64,000 nt of DNA. It comes from an uncultured bacterium. Its GTDB lineage: Bacteria > CSSED10-310 > CAZUFC01. The stretch covers positions 10,385-74,384 of the forward strand of contig CAZUFC010000025.1 of NCBI GenBank assembly GCA_964619725.1, read 5' to 3'. The position numbers were made by a program, and so were the translations under genes. Below the pieces are notes generated by a model. It did not search any database and was not told the DNA's origin. It saw only the letters and a list, made by a program, of their open reading frames with translations. Shown one piece after another: positions 29,714 to 40,500 of the stretch. Each line of letters opens with the position of its first letter. Position 1 is the first letter of the stretch.

Positions 29714-30901
29714 ATGAATAAAACATCAGAAAAAATTTCAATCAACGAAGGTCGACTGAGTGGAAGTCAAGCATGCGTCGAGGGCGCCTTTGCGGCAGGA
29801 TGCCGTTTTTACAGCGGTTATCCGATAGAGCCTGCATTGGATGTAATGAATTATTTTTTAAAGCGGGCGCCTCATTTTGATGCCACGTTCATTCAAATGG
29901 AAGATGAGATATCGGCTCTGGCGGCATTGCTGGGAGCGGTATGGACGGGCAAGCGAGGATTAACGGCGACGTCCGGACCGGGTTTTTCGCTCATGATGGA
30001 GCATCTGGGACTGGGCATCATGCTTGAGACTCCATGCGTAATTGTGGATGTGCAGAGGGCCGGTTTATCGACGGGGATACCGGAGATGGCTGGTCAGGGA
30101 GACGTGATGCAGGCCCGGTGGGGGTCACACGGAGATTACGAATTAGTAACGTTATGTCCGAGTTCTCCACAGGAAATGTTTAATTTCACGTTTGAGGCGT
30201 TCAATCTGGCGGAGAGGTACAGGATACCAGTGGTAGTATTGACGGATGAGTATGTAGCGCACATGGAGGGTGAGGTAACGGCGCCGGACAGGGTAGAGAT
30301 TGAGCCGCGCCGGTATTTTACGGGTCCGAAGGATCAGTATTTTCCGTTCAAGCGGGACAGGGACCTGATTCCCCGCATGGTGGACATAGGACAGGGTTAC
30401 AGGTTTCATGTGACAGGACTGACGCACGATGACCGGGGTTACCCCATTATGAACGAGGAATGCCAGGAGTATAACGTTCATCCTCTGGTCTGGAAGATAC
30501 GGAGGAACGAGGACAAGTTAACGCGGGTGAAGGAGACCAGGACGGAGGATGCTGAGGTTATCATCGTTTCATACGGAGCGACGGTGAAATTTGCTCTTCG
30601 TGCGGTAGAGGAGGCGCGAAAGGCGGGAATAAAGGCGGGTCATATGCAAATAGAGGTGATCTGGCCGTTTCCCGACAAGCATATAGCTAAAGCGGCCAAG
30701 AACGTGAAGGCTTTCGTAGTGCCTGAGATGAATCACGGTCAGGCAGTTTACGAGGTTCAGAGGAGCAGCTACGGCGGAGCCAACGTTGTATTCGTGCATC
30801 ATGGAGAGGATGGAATCGAGAACATAGATGCGATGCTTTCCGCTATGGAAAACGCCATAAAAGAACCGGGTATCAAAGAGGGGATACTCGAATACCGTTA
30901 G
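29714..30901 (+). CDS. korA: 2-oxoacid:ferredoxin oxidoreductase alpha subunit (copy 1, YPIEP variant)
   Basis: GYPIEP, QMEDE, TSGPGFSLM, QRAG, VPEMN. Confidence 0.85.
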   Translation: MNKTSEKISINEGRLSGSQACVEGAFAAGCRFYSGYPIEPALDVMNYFLKRAPHFDATFIQMEDEISALAALLGAVWTGKRGLTATSGPGFSLMMEHLGLGIMLETPCVIVDVQRAGLSTGIPEMAGQGDVMQARWGSHGDYELVTLCPSSPQEMFNFTFEAFNLAERYRIPVVVLTDEYVAHMEGEVTAPDRVEIEPRRYFTGPKDQYFPFKRDRDLIPRMVDIGQGYRFHVTGLTHDDRGYPIMNEECQEYNVHPLVWKIRRNEDKLTRVKETRTEDAEVIIVSYGATVKFALRAVEEARKAGIKAGHMQIEVIWPFPDKHIAKAAKNVKAFVVPEMNHGQAVYEVQRSSYGGANVVFVHHGEDGIENIDAMLSAMENAIKEPGIKEGILEYR

Positions 30902-30911
30902 GGAGCTATTA

Positions 30912-31775
30912 ATGGAAGTAACTGAAGAAAAAAAGATTCAAGCGAGTGAAAACGAACATCCGTTGGAGGACCTGCTCCGAATGGACAGGATTCCTCATAT
31001 CTGGTGTCCCAGTTGCGGCATAGGCTTGGGGGTGACGGCTTTTGCCGATGCTTTGAACCGTGCCGAGGTTGATCTGGACAATCTGGCGATTGTTTCAGGT
31101 ATCGGGTGCACCGGAAGGGTGGCGGGATATACGAAGCTGGATTCTTTTCATACGACGCATGGAAGGCCAATCGCTTTTGCGACGGGCATCAAGGTGGGCA
31201 ATCCCAAGTTGAAGGTGGTGGTTTTTTCCGGCGACGGCGATTTGATATCGATCGGCGGGAACCATTTCATTCATGCTGCGAGAAGAAACATAGACATGCT
31301 GGTGATATGCGTGAACAATTTCATATACGCCATGACGGGCGGTCAGGTCGCTCCGACGACGCCGCTGGGCGCATATGCGACGACTTCGCCGTACGGATGC
31401 TGCGAAGCGCCGTTTAACGTTCCCTATATAGCGGATTCGGCGGGCGCTGTTTATGTAGCCAGGTGGACCGCATTGCATATCAGGAGGTTGACCAATTCCA
31501 TCGTCGAGGCGTTGAACAAGAATGGGTTATCGGTCATTGAGGTGATATCGCCTTGCGCAATGTATTATTCCAGGATCAATAAGCTGGGCGACGGTTTGGA
31601 CATGATGAGGTTCTATCATGAGAATTCGGAAGTGAGGAACGGCGAGGATACGAAGAACGTTGATTTATCATTTCAGTCAAAAATCGTCGTCGGGAAATTT
31701 GTAGATAGAGAGAGACCGAGTTACACGGATTTGTATAAGAAGTGGGCAGATGAAGTCAAAGGAAAGAAAGAATGA
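30912..31775 (+). CDS. korB: 2-oxoacid:ferredoxin oxidoreductase beta subunit (intact TPP motif)
   Basis: WCPSCG, SGIGC, HGR, GDGD...NN, SPC. Confidence 0.9.
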   Translation: MEVTEEKKIQASENEHPLEDLLRMDRIPHIWCPSCGIGLGVTAFADALNRAEVDLDNLAIVSGIGCTGRVAGYTKLDSFHTTHGRPIAFATGIKVGNPKLKVVVFSGDGDLISIGGNHFIHAARRNIDMLVICVNNFIYAMTGGQVAPTTPLGAYATTSPYGCCEAPFNVPYIADSAGAVYVARWTALHIRRLTNSIVEALNKNGLSVIEVISPCAMYYSRINKLGDGLDMMRFYHENSEVRNGEDTKNVDLSFQSKIVVGKFVDRERPSYTDLYKKWADEVKGKKE

Positions 31776-33013
31776 AGGCAGACCCTAAAAATGTAAAGAC
31801 AGGCATATATTGCATGGACGGGGATGTTGCAGCGGGATATGGAGCGTTGGCTGCCGGTTGCGGTTTCATTGCGGGTTATCCGATTACTCCGTCGACTGAA
31901 GCAGCGGAGGCGTTCGCAAAGATTGCGCCTACGGCAGGCGCCCTGTTTATTCAGATGGAAGATGAGCTGGCATCCATTGCCGCCATCATGGGGGCAGTCT
32001 GGGCCGGCGTTAAAGCCATGACTATAACGTCAGGACCGGGATTCTCGCTCATGATGGAAACCATCGGTTTGGGCGCTATGATCGAAGCTCCGTTCGTCCT
32101 GCTGAACATCCAGAGGGGAGGACCGTCGACGGGAGTTCCCACGAAGACGGGCCAGGCGGACATGATGCAGTCCCGCTGGGGATCGCAAGGCGATTATGAG
32201 GTTATCGCGTTATCGCCGGATTCGCCGCAGGAAATGTTCAATTATACGATAAAGGCGTTTAATCTTGCTGAAAAATACCGATGTCCGGTTATGATTATGT
32301 CGGATGAATGCGTCGGGCACATGACCGAGAAGGTCGTCGTGCCGGAAGCCGACGAGATTGAAATTGTTCCGAGGCGTTTTTATTCGGGACCGAGAGAAGA
32401 ATACAAGCCCTTCAAGCCCGATCAGGATATGGTTCCCCCCATGGTCAGGATAGGCGACGGTTACAATCTCTGCATCTCCAGCATGATCCATGACGAAATG
32501 GGCCATCCCATTGATAAGGAGCATTACAGGTCGAAATATACGAGACGCCTGGTCGACAAAATAAGGCGTAATAAAAACGACATCATCGAGTTGTCGGAAG
32601 ACGGCATCGAGGATGCCGAAGTTGTCGTGGTTTCTTACGGCATTTCTTACAGAGTGGCGGTGAGAGGTATCGAGAAGGCCAGGGAGAGAGGGATAAAGGT
32701 CGGAAATTTAAGACTTATAACAGTATTTCCCTTTCCCGATGAAAAAATTGCTGAATTGTCTCACAGGGTTAAAGCGTTCGTTGTTCCTGAGATTAACTAT
32801 GGCCAGATCGTATACGAAGTGGAAAGGTGTTCGCATGGCAATGCCAACGTGGTTCTGGTTCCTCACGGAGGAGCGGGAGTTCAGCATCCGGACGATATAG
32901 CCGATGCTATTGAGTATGCAGCGAAAGAAGAACGCAGGATAGAGGGCTTTATCGAACATCAAACAAAACTTGAAAAACTGGTTTTTTCAGAAGGTTACGT
33001 AGTAAAAGAATGA
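31772..33013 (+). CDS. korA: 2-oxoacid:ferredoxin oxidoreductase alpha subunit (copy 2, canonical)
   Basis: GYPITPS, QMEDE, TSGPG, QRGGPSTG. Confidence 0.9.
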   Translation: MKADPKNVKTGIYCMDGDVAAGYGALAAGCGFIAGYPITPSTEAAEAFAKIAPTAGALFIQMEDELASIAAIMGAVWAGVKAMTITSGPGFSLMMETIGLGAMIEAPFVLLNIQRGGPSTGVPTKTGQADMMQSRWGSQGDYEVIALSPDSPQEMFNYTIKAFNLAEKYRCPVMIMSDECVGHMTEKVVVPEADEIEIVPRRFYSGPREEYKPFKPDQDMVPPMVRIGDGYNLCISSMIHDEMGHPIDKEHYRSKYTRRLVDKIRRNKNDIIELSEDGIEDAEVVVVSYGISYRVAVRGIEKARERGIKVGNLRLITVFPFPDEKIAELSHRVKAFVVPEINYGQIVYEVERCSHGNANVVLVPHGGAGVQHPDDIADAIEYAAKEERRIEGFIEHQTKLEKLVFSEGYVVKE

Positions 33014-33774
33014 ATCCGTTAATCAAAGCAATAGAAAAAGGAATCGAAAAATCGGGATTTGCGCCCTGCAATGTCTGCATTGCTTCGGATATCCCGTTTA
33101 AACCGGAAACAGTGAAGAATCTGGGGGTCGATTTTTTTCATGTTATTCGAGGGCGTACCGTCGCCTTCGGGACGGGAATTAAATTGGCTAATCCTATGTT
33201 GAAAGTTGTTCCTGTGGTCGGAGACCTGATGACGCTCGGAGGAAACCACGTGGTTCATGCGGGCAGAAGAAACATGGAACTTCATGTGATATGCGTAAAC
33301 ACCTTCATATATGATAGAATAGCCGGAAAAAAGGCGCCGTCTGCCGACACCCGCTTCGCAAACTATTCTACATTCGAGAGTCCCTTTAATGTACCTCATG
33401 TCGCCAATTCCTGCGGAGCGGTATTTACAGCGCGATGGACGGCATTGCATACGAATGAGATAGCCGATTCGATAGCTGCGTCCTTTGAGAAGAGCGGTTT
33501 TACAGTTGTGGAAGTTTTATGCCCGGGGCCAAATTTTTATTCGGACATTGATCATATCAACGAGGAACTGCTTTCTTTTTACCATGAGAATTCGGATGTG
33601 AGAAACGGCGAGGAACCGAGGAGCGCAGAGATCGACCCGGAGGAAAAAATTGCAGTGGGCAATTTCACTGATATTGAGAGACCGACGTTTTTAGACGTCT
33701 ACAACATTCAACTACCAAAAAGATTGGGTGACAAGTTTACCCCGTATTGTGGATGTGGTGAGCAAAATGGCTGA
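33010..33774 (+). CDS. Degenerate 2-oxoacid:ferredoxin oxidoreductase beta-like subunit
   Basis: Similar to the upstream beta subunit (AFGTGIK.ANP.LKVV, GGNH.VHA.RRN, ARWTALH) but lacks WCPxCG and GDGD. Confidence 0.8.
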   Translation: MNPLIKAIEKGIEKSGFAPCNVCIASDIPFKPETVKNLGVDFFHVIRGRTVAFGTGIKLANPMLKVVPVVGDLMTLGGNHVVHAGRRNMELHVICVNTFIYDRIAGKKAPSADTRFANYSTFESPFNVPHVANSCGAVFTARWTALHTNEIADSIAASFEKSGFTVVEVLCPGPNFYSDIDHINEELLSFYHENSDVRNGEEPRSAEIDPEEKIAVGNFTDIERPTFLDVYNIQLPKRLGDKFTPYCGCGEQNG

Positions 33775-34309
33775 GATTCGCTTTGCAGGTTATGGAGGTC
33801 AGGGCATAATAAGGTCGGGAATTATTGTAGCGAAAGGCGCATCGATTCACGACGACAAATTCGCAACCATGAACCAATCCTTTGGGCCGGAAGCGAGAGG
33901 CGGGGCCTGCAGCGCGCAGCTCGTTATGTCGGACAAAAAGGTGCTTTACCCTTATGTGGAGAGGTCAGATGTTCTTCTGGCCTTGTCGCAACCGGGCTAT
34001 GACAAATTCAAGGATGAACTGTCTGAAGCCGGGACGCTTGTATATGATGAAGACCTTGTAACGCCCGATAAATCCCAGGAAAGCGTCAAAGCCTACGGCA
34101 TTCCTTCCACCAGGCTGGCCGAAGAACTGGGGCATCGCATTATGGCTAATGTGGTTATGCTGGGATTCTTCACGGCAGTAACGAAACTGGTTTCGAAAGA
34201 AGGAATGAGAAAGGCCGTGGCGGATTCTGTGCCCCCGGGCTTTGTAGAGCTTAATTTGAAAGCTTTCGACAAGGGTTATGATTACCTGGAACAATCAAGA
34301 GAAGGTTAA
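33767..34309 (+). CDS. korC: 2-oxoacid:ferredoxin oxidoreductase gamma subunit
   Basis: ATG 33767. EIRFAGYGGQG, SFGPEARGG, NVVMLG. Confidence 0.9.
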   Translation: MAEIRFAGYGGQGIIRSGIIVAKGASIHDDKFATMNQSFGPEARGGACSAQLVMSDKKVLYPYVERSDVLLALSQPGYDKFKDELSEAGTLVYDEDLVTPDKSQESVKAYGIPSTRLAEELGHRIMANVVMLGFFTAVTKLVSKEGMRKAVADSVPPGFVELNLKAFDKGYDYLEQSREG

Positions 34310-34312
34310 GCA

Positions 34313-34612
34313 ATGGCAAATAAGAGATATTGGCGAAAACCTTTCGATTTGAACAGACGTGAACGTCCGCTGGGCAAGATTCACATCATCAAGGAAAGAT
34401 GCAAGGGCTGCGGTTTTTGCGTTCAATACTGCCCCTGCGGCGTTCTGGAATTGTCAAAAGAATTTAATACGAAAGGTTATCATCCGCCTTATGTGAAGAA
34501 TCCGGACGATTGCGTCAATTGCGGATTGTGTGAAATGTTGTGTCCGGAATTCGCCATCTGGTCGACGCTGGATAAAATGATCAGCGGCGAAAAAGTTTTA
34601 AAGAAACGGTAA
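34313..34612 (+). CDS. korD: 2x[4Fe-4S] ferredoxin (delta subunit)
   Basis: CKGCGFCVQYCP, CVNCGLCEMLCPEFAI. Confidence 0.88.
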   Translation: MANKRYWRKPFDLNRRERPLGKIHIIKERCKGCGFCVQYCPCGVLELSKEFNTKGYHPPYVKNPDDCVNCGLCEMLCPEFAIWSTLDKMISGEKVLKKR

Positions 34613-34943
34613 GGCTTTTGACAGGACGCTGAGTCCTTTTTCCGTATATATTTCTCCGGCGTATATGTTGATTCGCCGACAGTAGCCGGGTATATGCGTC
34701 TGGAAGGACTCAGGATAGTAATTCATGATGTGCTTATGCTGAGTCCCCGACTTCGTCGCGTTTCAGCATAAGCGCATTGATTTTTGGGGACTGATCAAAC
34801 ACGGTTTGCTCAGACTCCAAAATTTGTATATGGGAGAGCGATATGCTAAAGGTAGGGATGTGACTGGAATTTCTTGGACAGCGAATGAGGGAAGAGACAT
34901 TTTTTCGGGATATGTAACAAGGAGAAAATGGGAGGGTAGGGTT

Positions 34944-37403
34944 ATGAAGCAATTTGCTTCTGTGTTTTTTTCTGTTTTTTACGTTTTGTTTGTTTTGATT
35001 CCCTGTATTCAGGCAGCTTACGGGACGGGTGATTACGTTGAGGATTTGTGTTTGCCGGATGCTTACGGCAACACGGTTTGTTTTTCCGATTATCCCAATC
35101 ATGTAATAATATTAAATTGGTGGCGAGACGGGTGAAGCGGTTGCGATGTGGAGGCTCCGCATCTTCAGGACGTATACGAGGATTACCAGGATACTAACGT
35201 AATAGTGATGGCAATCGGCAATGAGATGAATCAATCGGAGTGTCAGCAGTGGATATCGGAGCACGGGTTGACGCATCCGGTGCTTTCGGACATGGATTAT
35301 ATCAGTTATCCGTTGTTCGGCAACGGATGGATACCTTTCAATGCGATTATCGATTATGACATGCTTTTAACCTGGTCGGATTCAGGATTTGACGAAGACG
35401 ATATGAGAGCGCGAATCGATACGCAGATAGCCAGGAATCCCCGCATTTATTTCACTCCGCTACCGGATTCAGAAGATGACGCAGAGCCCTATCCTGTTTC
35501 GGCGAGAGCGGCGTCGATAGTGGATTTAATTGAGAACAGCGTTATTCTTTATTGGAATACGACAGGCGCGCCTCCATTTGCTGAGATAACGCTTCAGCTT
35601 CAGGATTCAAGAGTTGAGGACGGCATATTTGCAGGAGAAATCCCGGCTCAGGACCTGGGCACGGGCGTTTACTATTATATAGGCGCTTCGGATACGGCGG
35701 GGAGGACGAAAACGCATCCTTCAGATGCGCCGCTTCACGTGCATGAATTTTACGTCGGACCTGATACGACGCCGCCGGAGATAGAACATGAACCTCATCC
35801 CGATTGGCCGGAAACTTTATGGCCCGCGACTATAGGCGCTCATATTACAGACAACATAGGCGTTCAGGAAGCGATTCTGGAATTTATGATAGACTGGGGA
35901 GCCCCGGAAACGGTCGTAATGACAGATATGGGTGATGATTATTATACGGCCGAATTATTCGGCAGCGTGATCGTCGGTTCTGTAGTCCAGTATAAAATCG
36001 AGGCAGTCGATTCATCTGCAGGGCAGAATGCAGCATATGAGCCGCAGTCGGGTTACCACGCGTTTCAGATCATCGACAAGTTGCCGGTATTTATTTATAA
36101 TGCGGACGAAAACAACAACAGTGCTCCGGTTATAAGCGACATGCTGAACGAATTGGGAATAGCCTGGGAGAGCGATACGGCGATGCCGGATAATTTGAAT
36201 ATTTACGAATCGGTTTTCGTATGCCTGGGCATTTTTTCCAATAACCATGTACTGACGGAAGAGGAAGGGGCTCAACTGGCTTCATTTCTGGAACAGGGCG
36301 GCAGGATTTACATGGAAGGCGGCGACACCTGGTATTATGACGACGAAACGCCTGTTCACGCTTATTTCAAAATAGACGGGATAAGCGACGGAACCGGAGA
36401 TGCCGGACCGATAAACGGGGTCGCCGGTACATGGACTTCGGGCCTGTCTTACACCTATTCCGGGGACAATAGTTGGATCGATCATCTGGGACCCCTCAAC
36501 GATGCTTATACGATATTGAGGAACGGTTCGCCGGATTACGACAACGGCATCGCCTATAACTCAGGGAGCTATAAGACGATCGGAGCGAGCATCGAATTCG
36601 GCGGTTTGGAAGAGGGTTCGTCTGGCTCCAGGCTGGAACTTATGCAACGCATTCTGGAATTTTTCGATATCATAGCGGCAAACACGCCGACTCCCGCTCC
36701 GCCGACTCACACTCCCACAGTAACCCCAACTTCACCGCCGACTTTTAGTCCCACTGTGACTCCATCTCTCCCGCCGACTGAAACCCCGACAAATACTCCT
36801 ACGGCTCCTCCTTCTTACACGCCGACAAGAACACCCACATCAACATCGACCATGACCCCGACCGCAACGCTGCCCTTTACCTGGACGCCTACCGCCACTC
36901 TTTCGCCCACCAATACTCATACGCAGGTTCCAACAGCAACGCCCACACGCACGCCGACTTCAACTTATTTCCCAACCAACCCGCCCACAGAAACTGCTCC
37001 TCCGACTTATACATTCGCGCCGCCGACCGTATCCCCATCTGCAACTCCTTTCTGCAGCGAATTCGAGTATTATCTGATTTTGAATCAGGATGTTTTTCGA
37101 GCGAACGACGACTTCATACTTGGTTTTCAATGGTGTAATCCCGCAGATCAATTTACCGCCTGGCTTTACGTAATCCTGGATATCTACGGCTCTTACTGGT
37201 TCCATCCGAGCTGGAGCAAAGAGGCCGATTGGGAAAATGTTCTTTTTTCCGCATTAAAGGTTCACGAAAGGGTAATCCTGGAATTCACATGGCCGGAAAA
37301 TGCCGGAAGTATGGAGGGTTTAAAATTCTGGACAGGCGTTCTGGACCCTGATTCCCAGGAAATACTAGGTGAGATTCACTGGGTGGATTGGGGATTCGAA
37401 TAA
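34944..37403 (+). CDS. Secreted multidomain selenoprotein (819 aa): redoxin UxxC domain, Ig-like domains, P/T linker, C-terminal domain
   Basis: Track ORFs 34806-35135 and 35148-37403 are in one frame, separated only by TGA 35133-35135. Readthrough gives NWWRDG-U-SGC-DVEAPHL, the TlpA/redoxin CxxC position. Signal peptide from ATG 34944; hairpin 3' of the TGA. Confidence 0.8.
35145..35163 (+). other. Putative bacterial SECIS hairpin
   Basis: GATGTGGA-ggc-TCCGCATC stem begins 9 nt after the in-frame TGA and has a G-containing apical loop. Confidence 0.6.
36680..37050 (+). repeat. Pro/Thr-rich (TP)n linker-coding repeat
   Basis: Translation TPTPAPPTHTPTVTPT... over about 120 residues. Confidence 0.85.
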
Positions 37404-37512
37404 TCTCGCATACACTGATTTTACGATCATACCCTTGCGATACCGAAGCCGATTCCGATACCGATCTGAGAATGACCGGTCTGATATGTCGTCTGCTATT
37501 GATCGTCGAATA

Positions 37513-40500
37513 CTATTCCGTCCCGGTGATATCCGCGCAATGGAAAGTAAAAGCGCCGTTCCCTGTCTTGAAGAATGCAATATCGTCAACCAGATTGGTC
37601 AGTACAAGACGGCTTTTCGACCGGGTGTCCTCCCGGTTCTGAATAACCTTGAATTGGAGAACGGCGATATTTTGATTTGCATGCGTTGGATTCACAGGTT
37701 CCAGGTTGAAAGCGCCGATTCTCAGGTTTCCGGGAGTCAGTTCATTGTATTCGAAGAAACAAAAATGTTGAAGGTCGGCGCCTTTCCGGCACTTCATCAG
37801 TTCAAGCTTATCACGGTCAAATTGAAGGTCCAGTCCGATGGAATAAACTGATTGACCGGCGCTGTTCAAAGTGATGAAACATTCGATTACGTCGTCTGTG
37901 CAGCCCCACGAATCGGATATTTCTACGCTGCCCATTCCGTCGGCAGATGACCGGGTTGCATGATCAGTCATGCCGTAAGAGCTTTTGAAGGTCTGAACGG
38001 GATCAACGCAACTGCAATCGAGATGCACGTAGTTTTCCAGTATGCATTGAGCGTCCGCCGGGGTGACCTGATCGTATCCGTTACAGTCAGCCGAGCATAC
38101 TTCTTCATACGTGGGATAGGGAATGTATTCCAGGTAGATGGCGAAGCTCATCAGTCCGTCGGAAGGAGAGATTTGTCCGTTGTTGTCGACGTCTCCGTCA
38201 TTGCGGCATGATGAAGGACAAGGCTCGCCTTCAGGCACGGAGAGCCAGGGTTCATAAAGGACGTTTCCCCATACTTCATCGCCGCTTCCTATTCCCCAGC
38301 CGGAAGGACCGTCGGGAGCTCCCCAATAATTGAAGTCAGCGCGAAATGCTGCGTCGGAGGCATTATCGTCTACCAGCAATCCGTATTCCGAATTATTTTG
38401 TATATTATTGTAAGCGGCGTAACCTCCCGGAACACCATAAGGACCGCCGCATGCTCCGCCCCCTCCGAAAATGAAGATGCCGCGTGCGTTATCTGTAAAA
38501 TCGTTGCACATGCAGGTTAAGTTAACGATATCCCAGAGTCTCAGCGCTTGCGCCTGTAGGCTTTCGCCGGACGCAACGTATGTGAAAAGGTTATCCTGAA
38601 TATCGACGGCTACCGCATGATTCAGTTCCAATCCGGCCTGGTGATTGCCCGGATAGCCCTGGTTCCCGCCTATATGACTCCAGGTATTGTCGGATACCTC
38701 AACCATTTCCGTGGGATAAGAATGATTTCCCCTGATCGCTGTGGAGCCGTTGCAATGGTGTATATAATTTGATAAGAAGCTGACGGAAACGAGGGGCAAT
38801 TCATTTTCACCTTCCAGTCCGGGCGCTGAGACATCCATATCCAGTACGACGGGACCCAGGATATTTTTGAATTCCGAGTTCAGGACGGAGAAGTTCTGTC
38901 CGAGTTTGTTTCCGGGAATGCCGTTGCGGTTTTCTGTATTTTGGCCGTCAAAGGTGCAATGGTCTATGGTTAAATCATAAATCGCTCCGGAATTATTCAT
39001 GGCGACGAGAGCCTGTCCGCCGGCATCGCCTTTTACGACGAGATATTCCAGCGTCAAGCCGCTGATTGCATTAACATTCTGGAAGAGAATACCGCCTGTG
39101 ATGACGGGGGGATATTCGATTTCACCGGAGAGAGTCAAGCCGTCTTTATAGAATAAGGCGTCGAATTCGACTGTTTCGGGATATGTCCCGGCATGAATGT
39201 GAACGATGCTGCCGGGTGAGGTTACATCAACGCCGTCCTGGATATTGTCGAAAGCATCGAATCCGAAGACATGTCCGTCGACTATATCTCCGGGTTGAGA
39301 ACCCGCCCAGTCGTCGTCTACCCAGACTTCTGTGGGGAGCGGCGTAGGCGATGGAGTGCTCGTTGGCGAATGAGTCGGAGTTGGCGAGCGTGTGGGAGTT
39401 TTAGTCACGGTAAGGGTCGGTGAAAGCGTTACGGTGGGAGAGCGCGTAGGGGTTCTGGTGACGGTAGCGGTAGGCGAAAGCGTTCGGGTCGGGGACCTGG
39501 TGGGCGTTCTTGTCACGGTGGGAGTAGGCGAAAGCGTTCGAGTCGGAGTTCGGGTCGGTGTGGAACTGGGCGCCGGGGTCGGGGTTATGGTGAAAGTGGC
39601 CGTGGGCGAAGAAGCAGGCTCCTGGGTCGGCGTAGCGATGGGACCCGTCAGCCAGTTAGTGTAATTAACATCCTCAGAAACGTCGTCCCCGGGATCGTTG
39701 TCATTCATTGAATTTACGCAATCGTCCGTTTCATCGACATCATCATCCGGGCCCGCTCCGTCTCCCCACCAGTTGTACCGGGCATTGATACAGGTCGCCG
39801 AATCCGTATTGATCGCTCCATAAATGTCGTTGCCCTCGATATTGTTGCCGTTTGACGCTGAGCCCCCGATAACCGGAAGGGAACCGTTTTCTGCCATGAC
39901 GCCGCGGGGTTGGTTTTCAATCACGCACGCCCGTACGGCGGGATTCGATCCGGCGCCGTAACAATATATCCCGGCATAGGTATTGTCGTGAATATGACAG
40001 GAATAAATGCTGGGCGATGATCCGTTCAAACATTGGATGCCTATTCCATTGCCGTTTTTGATTTCAGTGTGTCTGATCGCAGGGGACGCTGCATCGCAGG
40101 TTATTGATGAGTAAATTGCAGCGTGATAACCCGCATACTCCATTACCAGGTTCCTTATGACGCAATTCGCATCAGAAGCGGAGTCGTTGAAGTAAATTCC
40201 GTACCATTCTCCGGACTCAGAAGGCGGATAATAATCGTGATTATACGTGAATGTGACCTTGTGCGCGGGCGATCCATTGATCATAAGGCCGCCTTGTTCA
40301 GAGGAGGTCGGACCGCCGATTTCCAATTGAGTATACCTCTGCCACTGGGCTTCCACACCGGGTTCCACGTTCAGGATAGAGGTGGCTTTTGCCGTGCCGC
40401 GAACCAGGACGTGACCGACTATCAGGTAAGGAATGGAGTGATAATGCCATGTGCAGTGGTTATTCAGCGTATCGCCGTAAACGTATATTCTTTGATATTT

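Noticed and set aside
35133-35135. Pseudogene or nonsense mutation reading of the in-frame TGA (also 48459-48461)
   Set aside because: Both TGAs fall exactly at catalytic Cys positions and are followed by hairpins. Other genes use TGA as a real stop, so genome-wide recoding is also unlikely.
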